NCBI GenBank assembly: GCA_002633005.1 | Contig: NMRA01000197.1 | Span: forward strand, 315,418 to 379,417 | From: Phoronis australis | Taxonomy: Eukaryota; Animalia; Phoronida | DNA length: 64,000 nucleotides | Direction: 5' to 3' | Part shown: positions 1-15,221 of the stretch, one piece after another | How positions within the stretch are numbered: position 1 is the stretch's first letter | Layout of the letters: the number at the start of each line of letters is the position of its first letter | Notes under the pieces: generated by a model | Databases searched by the model: none | Seen by the model: only the letters and a program-made list of their open reading frames with translations | Told to the model about the DNA's origin: nothing | Position numbers and translations under genes: made by a program

Positions 1-387
1 AAACAGAAAGTCACTGATTTTCTGTCGTTTGACACTTTTTACTTAAAAACGCGTTTTTTCATTTTATGTTAATAAATGCATAGTTCGCCAGGACGTTTTT
101 GTAAATGATAAATGCTCCACAAAATTGAATTTGTGACTAAACTTAGAGGCGTTGTGGGCTTTCAAGTGGAACTTTTCTGAATAAATGCCCCACTATCTGG
201 ACACTTGATACCAGTTGTAACACCAAATAAACACCCATGGACATTTATTCGGCATGGTTTTACGGGTGGGCTTATCTACGAAAAACGCCGGTACCCATTG
301 CTCAAAAAGGTTGTATATGGCCCGCGGGGCCTGTGTCTGAAAACATGTGGGTCTCTCGCCTACGAATAAAGGCGAGGGACAACTTAC

Positions 388-455
388 TCAGGCTGATTGA
401 CGTTTTCAGAGTATGCTCTGTCTCTCACCGCTACCGGTGACTTTATTGATTTCAT
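388..455 (-). CDS. Possible first coding exon of a gene running off the left edge (MKSIKSPVAVRDRAYSENVNQP)
   Basis: ttttcag acceptor before 470, caaaATG at 455 with upstream in-frame TAG, gtaagt donor after 388; no homology recognised. Confidence 0.25.
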
Positions 456-1814
456 TTTGACAGAAATCTACTGAAAATGTTATTGTAAGTAACACATGCC
501 AAATTCGCCTAATTAGCTTCAAAAAGGAATCTTCCTCCTTGAAGTAAATGTCACTGATTAGCACATCTTTAACGGGTGGAGACCCATTGATTTACATCAC
601 TTTCATAACAGTTAGCTAAGTCAGATGAATATTCATCAAAGCTGACGATGAATTGTTAAATCACCACTTGAAAAGATCGCGTTGATTACTCGTTAATTCG
701 ACTTTGGCAATGCTTCAGTGAGATTCAAAAGGAACTATTACGTGAATGAACCAAACTAGACATGCTTGGCTGTGTTTTCAAGTGTCGTCAGATGATCTAA
801 TGGATAAACCCTGTACTAACATGCCGATTTCTGAGTTATACATGTAAGTAGCTCTCTGGTTTCGTTATGTCTTTGATGAGTACATAACGATGGGTTTTCT
901 AACATAAGTAATTGAACGACTCCACGTTCATTTTTTGAAGAGAGTTAACGACCACCTGGCGTTAGCTATAGAGCCGTTGAGAGCGTCATGTTGCTATTTC
1001 GCGAGGTAAAGGTACGAATGTCCACATGTCCAATTGTAGACACCATTTTACATTTTACATTGGAAAATTATTTTTACTGTACTTCATTGTTCGCAATTTT
1101 CACTAGTTGCTCAGGCTTTGGGAACCATGTGAACACGACAAACGTGTGATACAAGAGTTTACATAAAACTTTTTGATGAGAACTGAACTGTAATGGTTAC
1201 AACGTGTAACTTATGGTAACAAAAAGCTCCCATTTCTTGCGTTGGATTCCTGAATTTTGTTTCATTCACACTGTGAGTCAATTTTCAATATAGAGAATGT
1301 CGCAAATCCTGTTTAAAATTGCAAACGCGGGGCAGTCAAACGTAGAACAGACAGGCCGAGCATTCAGATATATACATCACAAGTAGTACATTAAAAGCGT
1401 TTTTCGACATTTTAATATGATTTGTTGACAGAAACCTTGTTTCACGTACTTGTCTGGATGGTGAAATGGGTCAGTAAATGCCCAGATCAACCTCTCTGCC
1501 TACTTTAGCCGGATTGAGTGCAAAACCTCGCCAAATACTCCCTTTACGCTGACACTTCCTCACATGCGTTTTCCTTTCCCTGGTACAAATTTTGTCTCTC
1601 TATGAACTTTTGACTTGTTTTCTTGGCGCATGCTGATTATTGAAATTCCTTTATTCCTGGATAATAGCTGTACATGATTCACTTCCCCTGTTCTGCAGCG
1701 TCAACAGGCATCGACATCCGATTTACTTGTAAACCAGAAGACATCAACACTGAACAACCAATCAGAAGTGATTGCCCGTTGACCCGGCTGAACACGCCGA
1801 GTGAGTCAAGAGTG

Positions 1815-2025
1815 CATGCGCGCACCCAGCCCTCAATATGGGGGGCTCGAATTCCTGACGTTGTGGACCTTTCAGTAACAACAACATAGACTGTGGATTA
1901 AAAAAAAAAAAACGGGGGCAATACTGTCCATTGCGCGTTTGCGCTTGTTTAATGGACTTTTGTCTCATTTTTCGGACATTTTGTTTCTCGGGGGCGGACC
2001 TTTTTGCCCACTTCGCGGCCAATTT
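1815..2025 (+). mobile_element. Truncated copy of the CATGCGCGCACCC MITE family
   Basis: Shares CATGCGCGCACCC, GGACCTTT and GGCGGACCTTTTTGCCCA with 14412-14678. Confidence 0.6.
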
Positions 2026-2504
2026 TAGTGTTTTAGTGCCGGAAGTGTCTTATAACCAAGCGTTTTACTTGTAAAAATGTCTTTTTAAAAAATGATTGTC
2101 TATGCGATCGCGACGAGCGGTCAGCTACTGGAATTCCACGGGTTTCTACCTGTGCAGTTCCATTAAAAACGGGGACGGGCATAGTGAAGCGTGAGAGCCG
2201 TCTCAGTAATTCTACAAATGATAACGAAATTACACAAGGAAAGGAAGGCTAAACCGTGTCTGATATTCACTTATATGTGTTATGTAGACTAAACAGTTTC
2301 TCAGTGAAATGTCTAGAGGTTGGAATTAATACACGATACACATCCATTACTAAAACATCGCCCCCCTAACGGTTTGGTGCATACCGTTTATACAGTGTTT
2401 GACCTATTCATTACGAGGCGATTTACATCGATCCAGCTTTCAGATTCCCTCAATGATAATAGTCCATAATTAATCTCGCTCATCAATTCCAAGGGGGGAT
2501 TCGC

Positions 2505-2840
2505 TGTAGCTGTAGCTAAATTCCAGCCACGATCTCCTAAGTACCAGTTCCAGATACAATAGACACCACATTCGCGGTACTATTCCCCAGACCTGCACCT
2601 TTAAACCTCATACAAGCGCCAAATATGTTCAATACACGATGACCGAACTCCAGTCCCATCGGCTGATTTCATGGAATCTTGTCTCATGGAGAGAAGTTAA
2701 GTAACCGAGAATAGAACAGTTTTTGCACACGTATGGAGTTTAGGGGTGCGGGTCTGGGGATTTCTATCGCGGGTTTGGTATCTGCTGGTTCGGGATTAGG
2801 GTTTAGGGATCGTAGTTGGATTTAGATGTGCGGTCAGTAG
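2505..2840. mobile_element. Old fold-back MITE (imperfect inverted repeat, arms about 125 bp)
   Basis: CCCCAGACCTGCACCTTTAAACCTCATAC pairs with GTATGGAGTTTAGGGGTGCGGGTCTGGGG; CCACGATCTCCTAA pairs with TTAGGGATCGTAG. Confidence 0.55.
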
Positions 2841-5800
2841 ATATCAATAAAACATTACCAGCGGGTTATCCAACAACAGCGCTTATTACACTGACAAACA
2901 GTTCCGGATTGGTTTGCTGCGCATGCTCCACCTACAGCACTCTATTCAAACATGGAACACAAGACAGGACATAGAATGATCACAAACAGTTATATATTTA
3001 GCATCCAATTACATGTACACATAATTAATCAACTGGGAATCGGTTTAATCATTTAATATTAAAATTAGCATTTCAAAGACTGTGACGAAGCGGGACGTGA
3101 ATACATAATTACTTGACGTAGAGATGTTGTGCTTCGCGTGCTCTGGACTTACGTCATTAGCTCCCATAACGCACTAATTATGGCGCGCTAAATCAATGGT
3201 CCAATATAGCACAACAGTAAGTACATAGAATAGGCGATGACAGCTGCTGTTGTACCATTGTCTACATTTGGTTATATACGTGTTTTAAGAGGGCGACATA
3301 CAGCTTTAAAAAGCGTTATTTTGCCCTATGAAAGTGTCTAAACACAAAAATCGAACAAGGCTTTTCATTCTTATAAAATAGGTCTGATACTATTACCGTA
3401 GCACGGTTCCATTTTCCTTACCAACCCAAATCACAGGCAATGCGTACATGCGACGTTTTCAAAGTCACAATTTTAGGGTTGCCCAAGCCCAATGAACTCT
3501 GAAGTATTTTCTTGGTTCGCCGATGGTTTCGATGCTGTTGTTGATAGAGCGATAGAACCCTATACAGGTAGGTAATATTGAGACAGTTTTCTTTTGAACC
3601 ATCGAAACAGGGCGAAACTCAGCTTTCAACATGTTGCACAATAATTCATAATATTCACACTGTAGTCCTAGCAGTACATTTACGTACGCCTTCTGGCCGG
3701 GCCCTCTATATTAAAGAGGGACCCACTTTTAGACCCAAAGTTCAATTTCCTGCCTGTCGGTTTAATAAGAATGGGTCATTTTAAATAATAAGCTCTTAGA
3801 CACTAGTCCTGTCAAAGAATTCAGCATTTCATAACTAATATTTATGAACATCTAGCTGGTAGACGGGTGAAGCAAAATAAAACTCCTCGAAAACAGAAAT
3901 AATATTCAAACATTTGACTGAAAGAGTAATACCAGTAGTAAATAATCTTTTCACAATCTGAGCTCAATTTATGACACATCCTTTCTGGGTAAGATATTCA
4001 ATATTTACAACATTCTGAATTTCAAACCTTCCGGCATAGGCAATATCGATTGCGTCAATGAAACTAACAGTTATACACTATTTGTATATTGAAATTGCCA
4101 AGATAAATAGTCGTTACAGTCTGTACTCAATCATTGCCATGTTAGTTGCGTGTTTCTTCCGTCTCGTATTGTAATGAACGTATACTCTCGGGGAAATTTT
4201 GCGTACGGAGACGGTGATTTTGAATGAAAGACAAATACTACTGTTCGCTTGATTACTGCCTTGGTTAAAAAGTAGTCCTACTGCAACTGGACACAGACAA
4301 ATCTATCGAAAGCTTGAATTCCCAGTTTGCAACTGAGAAACTATTGTCGTATCGCCGACTTTGTTGTTTGACGAAGTAACTCTGACCATGCGCAATTAAG
4401 ATTAGATTAGTACCACGTGCACAAAAAAGCTTTAAGAGGCGTGCAACGCCAAAACTCGTATTAAATACCTTTTAAACTTATCTCGGCTAGTCTACTTTTT
4501 GGGGATGCTAACGCGAGAGCTATTCATTGTGAATATTGCAATAAGTTCTAGAAAAAATCGTCAGCTACACCATTTTTGAAACACAGACGAAATATAAACT
4601 CTTTCATTCCAATCCAGTTTTCAAATTTACCGCCTCTAATAATTTATATGCACGCATGCGCTCAAAGAAGTCGCCCGGTACTAGCCGTTGCTTGAAATCG
4701 CCATCGCTCTGTTTACATTAAAGGTCACATTTTCACACAAGGGAAATGTGCTACGTCTGCGTCTTGCCATACCAAGTAAGGAGACATGCTTTGGCTTTTG
4801 ACAAAAAATTGACGAAGTGACAAGCAGAAATTTGAAAGAAAATGAAAAATGCTTTGACATTAACAGCCATTCAAAAATTTTACAAGCAAAGTAAAAATAC
4901 CTGGTGAAAAGTTTGACTTCCGTTTTAGTGGCAGAGAACAAGTTTGAATAATGCAATTTAGTCTGACTCCAGCGCCGAGTGCTGACCATTCTGGCTTTGC
5001 CATGATAAATATTTGAGTATGTACGTGGGTCGCTGACCGAAAGATACTATACTGTAGATGATGAATGGATTCTGCGTAAATTATCCTTGAGGGAACAGCA
5101 TGTGAGACATATGGTTTATAACAAATGACACTGACTTTTATGCGACTGCAAAGTGATCAATCAAGCTATATCGAACTGAGTTAAAGTTTGTCAGAGTGGT
5201 TACTTTAAATATCAAAATATGCATTTGTTAGTGGTATATGCTTTAGTACAGTAGTTCGCCTTTCCAACGCCAGGTATCCTCACAACTGACAATCAAACGC
5301 AGTGATTGACAGTCCGTTGAATGTGCACACTGTGAATAAAAAGTGTACTAGATCTATATAGTTTTTTTTTTCTAGACAGGCGTCTTTTAAGGTTATGTAA
5401 GAACCTCGGAAAATGAGGCGGAACATCGTGCGTCAGAAATGGCAGATCGGATTCATATGAAACTTGGCAGATGCCTTGGTTTATGCAATTTTCTACAAGA
5501 CAATGTTAACAACAGTTTTTAAGCTGTTCAATCCACTTTTACATGACGCATTATCAGAAATAGGACTTCTGTTCTTCATGAAAAAACTCAAAACCTGCAT
5601 AAAGCAAAAAACGAAGCGATAATAACGATAATTGTAACAACACTTTTGCGAATCTCTCTTGAAATTTGGTTGACATGTTATTGATGCCGTTGTTTTGCTC
5701 AGGATATTGCTCTCCTTTCTGCTACATTAACTAAAAAATAAACGGTCACGTGAACCAATCAGGAGAAGAGTGGCATAAAGCCAATCATCCAATTCTACAG

Positions 5801-6987
5801 ACTTTCTTACTTTCAGAAAATACATTTATCGAGTTAGAATCTAAAGTTTTGTAAATATTTGGATGAGTACTTTGACCAGTCAATAAAGTACCAAGTAACC
5901 TAAAGCTGTTGAATTGTTATTTCTTGAATCGAGTTTAAGGATATTATGGATTCCATAGATTTGTTTTGAAGTGGACACGGAATTTTACATAGCCCTGTAG
6001 CACAAATAAAATTTAGTTGCTTCTGTTTTTAAATCGACTTGGCTACGCCTCTACATGCAATGCATAGTATAGGCTAAATGAAACCACCCCAAGGGATTGG
6101 TCTACCAGAGTTTGGCCTGTGCCAGCTCTTGTTTATATTTGAGGTTCAAACTTTTCCCCAAACTTCTATTTGAAAGATTGTTACGTCTCGTTTAAGTTGT
6201 ACATCATATGACCTGACACGTCTTCCCACTGCCACACAATTGGACTTGGTCGTGATTTAGACATAAGAAATTGGCATTTGTTTTGTAAATAACAATTTCT
6301 GCTTTTGTTTTCATGTATTGTATTTAAGCCTGAGCTGTTGGATGCTTTCACTCTAGAAACAGAATTCGAGGGCTTAGACAACAAAATGAGAGAATATTCA
6401 ATCAAGCCATGCGTGCATGAAACAACTGGTTTATACACACATGCTATTTGGGAATTTTTACTCTAGGTAAAGAAGCATCTGTCACGGCTTCGCAATTATT
6501 GGTTTTCTGTCGAATCAACATCCGGTAAACGTTACGAATACCAGTTGGTGAAAATAGCTGTGACATAATATCAACTATATGTCAACTTTGCGATATTTGC
6601 CTTAGATCCTGCCAGTGATGTACTCTGCCCTGAGGCTTGCCATAAAAGCAAACTATCCCCTGCCTTGGCTACCTTGGAGACACGTGGCTCATTTTCGTGT
6701 CAAACAATTTACCTTGACGTCATTCTAAATCAAAATTATCCGGTTTTAGCTCAGAGTACCCATGCAGCTATTTAATCAGGTGTTTACTCTGGGATTGTAT
6801 ATTTCACGGTTGAAATATTGACTGAGCTAGATTTAGAATATGAAAGCTTTGCTTTGTCGTTTATCCGATCATTGGTCGTTTTGGTTTTCCCTCACCCAAT
6901 TACTTGTTAAAACAATTTAAAGCGCTGTTTCTTTTCAATGCTGTCGTTTACGATGTTGCTATCAGCTCGTCTTTACCTAAGGTGCAT

Positions 6988-7035
6988 GCATGTGTGTGTG
7001 CGTGTGCGTGCGTACGCGCGTGCGTGCGTGCGTGC
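6988..7035. repeat. (TG)n/(CGTG)n microsatellite
   Basis: Directly visible. Confidence 0.85.
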
Positions 7036-10000
7036 TTGTTAAATCATAGATAGATTCTGTAAGAAATCAAGAAAGCTGCGATTCTGATGTTGTTTTGGCA
7101 GGATATCACATTTCTAGATTCACACACACACACACTGTCAAAGACGTTCAGAAACAAACGTGACACGTATATACGTGACTGTTGCGAAGATCAGTGAAGT
7201 GTTGGTAAATTAATCATATAGCTTCCGTGATTTTCCGTTCAGCCTCCGGCCACAAAACGGAAATTAAAAAAGACAAATCGGAAACGGCTAATCCCACGAA
7301 CTTGTTGCGCGTTCAGTCAGGTTAATAACTTGCGAATGAAAATTTGTGAGATCACGAACTTCGTTTGTAACCCATGACGATGTCCCCGAGAACATGCGTG
7401 TTTAACCACTCACAAGAGTGCATCCAGCTACCAGATGGCGAGACTGGCTCGACCAAGAGTCGATCACCGAGAACTACCAAAGCGCATGTTGCGGAAGTTG
7501 ACGAGATTTCTGAGTTCGCAAAAATTGTTCCTCAAAGAACTGTTTTAAATCGTGATTGAAAGTTATAAACCTTTCAAAGATGCTCTTTACTGGTACCCTG
7601 TCAGATTGTCTTCACTTGTTATCCGACATGTTGCACGCCCCAGATAATTTCGTGACCAGGCAAGTACCGAAGAGCCCGGCCTACCACATACAAGTTTCAG
7701 TTGCTGAACACTCCTTTCACCATTTTTGTTTCGGCTTACCTAGGGAAGACGATGCCACAAAGCCAAAACTCAAACACTCAGCCGAGACAACAACGCACGC
7801 CCAGAGGACAACACATCGCCCTTACCGGGACGATCCTACCTCATGCCAAGAATTGTACCTCAAAATCCAACGCTCCCTACTGGTTTGGTAATTGACGGTC
7901 CATTATGTTGCATACCCCACAGAATTAATGAGGCACAGAATACTGGATGGACTCCCCTAGTGTGTTTGTGGTGGGTCTGATTATCAAAGAACGATAACAC
8001 TGATCAACAGCTTGAGGCAATTGTCCTAACGACAACAGCCTGAGGTCTTTGGCGAACCGGCAATTCCTGAGGTAGGCAAACCGGTCGAGTTGCCCAATCC
8101 CGACCGGTTTGGGTGTCAAAGTAGTATTCTCGTCATGTGAACACGAGACACTGATACCTGGGACATTAAAATACCCACCTGAGTTTCCAGCTAAGTGGGC
8201 ATGTATGTAGATTACTTTTGGTCTGGCATTTTCCGAATGTACGCCCCGTGCTTGTCTGTAGAAAATTCCGCTGGTATGTTAACACTTTGGTGGCAGTCAG
8301 TCAGTCGGAGTATGAACGTCAAAATGCGTTGTTTTATTTGTAATAATAAAACAAATGCACCTCACCAATCAAATTATTTCTAGGTACCGTGACCAATGTG
8401 AGTCGACATTCTTATCCCACCGGAAGCACAGTGTCAACATTCTGATAGTGGTTCGGGATCTGTGTGGAAAGTATTTTCTAGGTTGTAGCTGACATCAAAC
8501 CTTATAGGAAAACTTGGTGCATGTAGTTCGAAATTGCGCCTGAATATCAAAGTAAACTTCTACTGAACAGTTAGATATGGAAGCGATATGAGGAATATTT
8601 CCCAGTTGATTGTAATCACAGATGAGAAAGCCGACGAAGATTATTTCCCGGCAGAGACATCACGCTATTGATTTTTACGTACGAATGGTTACGAATACCG
8701 CTAGTTATTGTTCACGCCACTGAATTATTTGTCGACTAATATTTATACACTGATATTAAACAATTTTGAAGTACTTCCAACTGGATACATTGAACTGTCA
8801 TGATAAACAATGGCGCTACTATCCTCAATTATACCGTTGTCATGGTAACTATACGAGCCAAGTGAATCTGAACGGAAATTCCGACACTGAAACTGTGGCC
8901 ATCAGTGTGGTGGCACCTAATCTTTGTATTGGGTCTTTATATTGATACGGTCTCTCTATCACCTTATTCATCTGGTAGCTTCGTCTTCAGTTTATAATAT
9001 TCCCGAACGAACTAAGGAACAGAATAAGACTGATATTATCAATTTGATATTTCCACGGCAAAAACGTGTTTGATTAAATAGATCTGTAAGACTGCGCATG
9101 CCAAGAAAAAGAAAACACAAGGCTACAAATTAAACATGCACTCTCCGTCCATGTCATGAACGCGCTGGTGTAAAGCGGTCATGAACCTGCTTACGTCGAA
9201 AAAAACTAACTTTTTGTTTAGACTATCTACCGCTGTAAAATTAACATCTCTTTGTTCCTTACTCTGATGAGAAGTTTGGTCATATAAAGAACTACCAGAT
9301 CGTTATTTCCTAATGCCAAGCTTAATACAGTTGCGCCACCTAGGGTCACTGTTTGAGTGACAGAAAATTTAGTTCAAAATGCATTGTCTACAACAAAATG
9401 AAATGCAACGTCCTCAGCGTGCCTATATACACTGGTCAAAATGTACAGGTTCCAGCACAGCGAATTTTCACGAGTGTCGCCGCTTTCAACCTGAACAATG
9501 ATTTGTGAAGAATATTGTACACAGGTGGCGTACACTGGATATGCTCCAACCGAAAACCTTCTTTTCTTTAAAATACAGCGCAAACAGTTGTTTTTATTTG
9601 CCTCTATGGTTCAAAACGCATTCATGTACAAACGAATTGTGCTATGGAAAATCTACAACGGAGTGACGTTTTGATAAAAGTTGCCAACAAACTGCTCTTT
9701 TTAAAAACAGAAGAATTTTATCTTGCGGCACACCTTAGTTACCTGCTCCACAAGGTGTCAAAAACAGTCGAGTAGGAACTAGTACCACCAGACTATTGTA
9801 GTGAATGTAATGAATGCGTTCGCGGATGTATTCGCTTCCATCACCATGTTTTCATAATCCCGGCACCATGCGTAAACTTTGCGCCGTTTACGTGTTAAGA
9901 AAACCGTTTAAACATTCATGAAAGTCGGTTGAAACAATCTAGCTCGATGCATAAGTCATACGATCCGATTTTAGCAAAGGTTGGCTTTTAACGAGTCATA

Positions 10001-12678
10001 TAACTTGAGGGTTTGGAAGCCTTGTTGACAACTTGTCATCGCGATACATCTGCTCTTAAACGAATTTTGTAAGATCAACTTCCGATGCCCAAAAAATTGA
10101 AAATTCAATCTACAGCAAGTAAAAAATAATGTTAATTTTATTCATCATTATTTTAATTGTTGGAGAATTAAGTTGCTGATGTGCTATCTTATTTGATTCA
10201 CGTTTCCATACAAATGAGGCTGTGAGTACTCAAAGGCACCTCAAAATACTGTACCAATACGTTGGGCCTTAGGCGCAATTTTGCCTCTAAATTTAAAAGT
10301 ACTCTACTGCGACTATAAGAAGGCAAAATGATTTGCCTTGGGAAATGTATCAATCGCATAAAGCTTTCGACACTGATCTCATGAGTTTTCAAGAGGAAAT
10401 TTCTCATAGCAAACATTCGGGCGGGTGAGTATCTATAGACTATTGGGAGTGCTGATCAGGTGCCTGCGTCAAAAATCACAAATCGGTACAAGTAGTCCTA
10501 TGTAAAATCCTCGATCATGCAAACCATCGGGATTGAGCACTAACTCCTATCGAGTTTTATTGAGCCACGCAGGTGATGGGTACAGCTAATAACAACAGAC
10601 GATTTTCCACCGGCAACTCTTCGACAAGGCAAACACGAGTTTTAATGGGAAACTGTGACTTGTGGTCAGAATGTTGCGCAAGACAATACTATATTCACTC
10701 ATCATTTTCATAATAGCTTGTGGAAAAGTTCACATTGAAAATCCACAACAAGCTTGAAAATCGATAATACTCTAACCGTTCCTGCGTGATAGTAGACGCA
10801 TCTTAAAATCCCAACTTAAATAACTTTAACATAGTATAACGTAACACATGAAGGGGACATGTATTGATCTTCTGGTTATTTTAAGATCACCAGAACAGTC
10901 AGACCAGAAAGCCTTGGGGAAAACGAAATCGGTTTAAAACTAAGTTAATTTCTTCCTGATTTCAACCAAAATGTGACTAGTCGGATCAGTTAGACTTTAA
11001 CATGTACAATAAGAGACCACTAACTTCGGGGCCATTCTCTTGAAAGCAGTCATCCACGAGCCTTGATTTATAGCAATAACGAATTATTCCCAAGCGTGTT
11101 ACCATACCCAGAAATCTCTCCTAATCTGAACGACGAACAAGACCAATTACCGCTAAGTGGTCTGAAACAATTCGGTCACTACCATCACCGCCGTCGCCAA
11201 CACCACAAGAACGGGCAAATAGAAACTTGATGATGTCGATATGATTCGGAAGCTTTTGGGTGAATTATGCCTTGCACTGACTAAACTGTCATCAAAGTCA
11301 CGTTGTTATCAATATCTTTTGCTCACGGTTGGCCGGTTAGGGGCTATAATACTTCCCATCGCTTTCTGTACGCATTTCGTTCCATGTATTTTAAACGGGC
11401 GGTAGGCCAAATCCGGCCACGGATTTTGAGTTTTCACCTCGTCAAAAATACATTCCACACTTAAAATGATCACTTAAAAAGGCGCTTAATTTCTTCATTG
11501 GTCCTTTCCTCTTCTATACATGTCTTCGATAGTTGTGAGAATTAAGATGACTTTGGCGAAGAATTCCAACTCCAGTTTTTTGGTTGCCGTTAACTTTTTC
11601 ACCACGCGCGTGATAACCACAAAGTATGTCAACTGAGTCACGTGAGTTAGGCAAAAACTAGCGCGAGACTGAGCGAAGCGCGTGACGCTAGCGCGTGACA
11701 CTTGCAAAATAGCATGAAAAGGTATCAGGTGAAATTTGTAAGATTTGTGTCTCTTGGACTTTTTATTCGTCAACATGCGTAACTTCCTCAAAATGGCACC
11801 CGGTAAGAGAAACTCGAGCAAACCGCGACAGATTGTTCATCGATTTGTTCAAATTATCTTGACTGAATCGTCTCCAGACTTTTGGTATGAGTTGTTTATA
11901 ACTCCATGTGCATATATGCATGTTTCATTTGATTTTATTTCCTGTATTTTGAAATGCATAACTTTTTATGAGGATGTACTATCGCCCCTGTATCACCCTG
12001 CGGCATCCAGGGCGATGTAATTGCCTATCACGTGCTAGGCTTTAAATTTACCATGTACTTGATATATAGGTGAATATCAAATCGATATGATGGTTATTTT
12101 CGACTAATTAAAAGGCGTCTGTATGACGCTGATTCAGAGCAGTGCCCTGATTATGCAGTCTTGGCCCTCGTAGTTTGATTTGCCTCCCTGGTCGTCACAA
12201 TTTAATTCCTTCCTGTCGCTGGCCACGTTCAGTCTCCTTCGCGGTGGTCAGCAATTTTTGTCCAAATTTTACCAGGAAGGCCCCTGCGTATGCGCAACAT
12301 TTGCTCAGGATCCAAAGCTGTAGCTAAGGTTAACGGATAGTGTTTCCGCAGGTGAACACGCCTCGTGCGCTATGGCGAAGAAACTTACAGAACGCGACTA
12401 CCCTCCCCCGTCTTGATAGAGTACGAGCCACAGTGCCATTCAGCGTTTACAAATATCAAGTGCAACTCGAGAACTTTAATTGATTAGCGTCCGATTGTTT
12501 TGGCCGCAGTTTAATGATCATTTATAAATTCTGGTCAATCGTAACAGCCGCCGCGAAGTAGACCGAACACGGGACCACTTCCGTTCCGTGCAATCAGTCC
12601 ATTACGTTCAATTTTACAGTTAATTGGGCTCATGTTGTAGAATTATGAAAAGTGACGAGAGTACTTCCCTACTGTATG

Positions 12679-12989
12679 CAGGGGCCGATCCAGGATTTTG
12701 GGTAAGGGGAGCCAGGGCACAGGAATAACCAGAATTTCGCCACATGAGTGCGCACAGCCTAAAATGTAGGGATGCAGGGGGCTCGACGTTTTGGGTTTGT
12801 GGACTTTATTAATAAAAAAACTGTAAACGGGATTTCTTTAAGGCCTATGTATTGTGCATTCGCCCCCGAGCCCCCCTGGGTGCGCGCATATACTAGTCAG
12901 CAATTCGCACCCTCAGGCTGGACAAATGGTATGTGGGAGAATTTTAGGGGGGACATGGCTCCCTTGGCTCATCTCTAAATCTGCCACTG
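12679..12989. mobile_element. Non-autonomous DNA element (CAGGGGCCGATCC...AAATCTGCCACTG) with 5-bp TSD; contains a nested CATG-type element at about 12744-12890
   Basis: GTATG on both flanks; homologous to 15389-15617. Confidence 0.65.
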
Positions 12990-14411
12990 GTATGTTAATT
13001 AGAAATAGCCCATGGTGATCGGTTCCCAAGATCGGTCGGTAACTCGCAATTTTTAACACTGCGCCCGGCAGGTGGCATGACGCATGTATCCCCTAGCGTG
13101 AGCAGTGTGAAAATGGCGAGTTACCGATTTTGGGAAGTGAACGAAGGATTGCTCCAAGAAAAAGTTTGATAACGGGAATATTTGTTCGAGGTGGAAGGAA
13201 TTAAATACATCGACGGCCTCCTAAGTTGTCCCATTATGCCGCGCAAAAGATATTTCTAACAACGTTTTAGTCTGTGTGAGGCATAAGCGCCTATAGGAGC
13301 CCCATCGTCTCTGTTGGCTATGCCAGTGTCTACAACAAGGTCCACATGAAGAGTTGCTCTTCATGTGACGACACCTAGGGGCTGGAAGTATGTCACCAAA
13401 GGCCTGTGTGTATCAGCGAGTCTTGACTGGCATAACGTGCTTGCACCACTGCGTATGTCACGCTTCATGCCACACAAATAACGCTGAGAAAGAGAGCCTA
13501 TAGGTTGTTGCGTGGAGTACTGAGACACTGTAATGAGATGGCGTTTTCTCATTGGAAAGGTCTCCTACAAACGGACTAAAGGTACTCCCCTTCAGAGGGA
13601 GTGGGATTAGCGACCCGGTAATAAATTTAGGGTAGCAGCGTAAGTCAGTAGGAACTTTTAAACCGCCGGAATAAATATGGCTACCGCAGGAAAATGTTCT
13701 CGGTTTGACGAAAGTTCGCCATTGGCTTCCACTCAGTCTCAGTCTTCGGATCGCGTTCAAATTGTGTGGTTGTTTTTTATGTGGTTAATTCACATTTCGT
13801 AGAATGTATAAAAAAGACACCGGTACTGGATTTTTTTTATCTGCGCCGTTCCTTAGGTTAGGCAAAATATTTAAGTTAGTACTCAGACCCGAAGTCCACT
13901 TGTCGGCGCTTAAGTTAAATTGGCCCTCTTTAACCGGCACTTGTATTTGAGTAGCTAAGTCCGCAATTTGAAATAGGAAAAGAAATTACCCGCTAAAGTT
14001 CAAGAGCTAACCTGTCCTAAAAATTCAGAAGTCGTTGAAGTCGACGGTGTCACTACAGCCATGCAAAACCATTTCCAATGCATCTGTTGACCCACAAAAG
14101 ATAGGTAAACCTTTTTGAATTTTTACTCTATCACATTCCACTCTCGAGTTATAATGGTCATCTGCAAATTTGGCGGCCATTTTTGTCCGCCATCTTGAAA
14201 AACTTCCGCCATTCCAATTCCAGTATACTTTTTTCTCACATTAAGGGGTGTGGGAGGATACGATTTATGCAATAAAACCTTCTGTTGCAAGTTGTCCGGG
14301 TCATTCGTAGAATGACTGGACGATAAATGACATTCTTGCCGTATATGGAAAAAAGTAGGTCAGCCGCAAAATGTCCATGTAGAGCACCAGTTCGGCTTCG
14401 GGTTTGAGCAA

Positions 14412-14678
14412 CATGCGCGCACCCTGCCTAAAATATAGGGGTTCGAATTTTTCGATATGCGGACCTTTTACTGAATAAACTTAACGAGGACTAAAAAAAC
14501 GGGGCCACTAGGTTCAGGCCTACGAATTGTGCATCCGCGCCGAATTCCTGTGGACTTTGTGGACCTTTTTTCTCGTGTACTCTGACTTTTTGTTTCACTG
14601 AGGCGGACCTTTTTGCCCAACTCGCCAAATTGGGGGCTCGTTCGAGCCCCCCCCCGAGCCACCCTGGATGCGCCCATT
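14412..14678 (+). mobile_element. About 265-bp MITE family with CATGCGCGCACCC termini
   Basis: Homologous to 51270-51529 (inverted) and 1815-2025 (partial). Confidence 0.7.
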
Positions 14679-15174
14679 TGGCTATTAAATCTGCGAGACG
14701 AATGTTTGTGAAGAATAAATTTGTTGCTTGCTTAGTATTGCGAAGTTATGATAGATTTTAGACACGGTAAGTGTAAATTTTAACGTACGCTGCAGAAGAC
14801 GCTAACCACACGATGTTTCCGGTGACCACTGCCACTGGTGCCGACTTTTATTCCCGTGAACTCCAAAACCCGAGTTAGACATTCGAAAAAACGAGTAGAA
14901 AAAGTACTGAGAAATACACCTCAGTGTGTACCGAATGTGACATTGGTCATACGTCGAAGGTTCAATTTTTATCTGAGAAAGTCAACTTAGATACAATATG
15001 CGGACGATTTTCTTATGGGACTGGAATTTAATAAACATGGACCGGCGTTTCATAAATCCAGCAGAACCTCTGGCTAATGATAATGCATCTTGAACAAGCG
15101 TCTCGTTTGGCCCATTTCGCGTCATCTTTATTCGAGACTCATTCCATATTGTCCGTTACATATACGCCAAATAT

Positions 15175-15176
<2 letters not shown>

Positions 15177-15221
<45 letters not shown>
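15177..15221. repeat. (CA)n microsatellite abutting an assembly gap
   Basis: Directly visible. Confidence 0.95.

Noticed and set aside
7374-7895. ORF cluster with a signal-peptide-like minus-strand segment ending at a GTAAGC donor
   Set aside because: An in-frame stop precedes the hydrophobic stretch and there is no ATG
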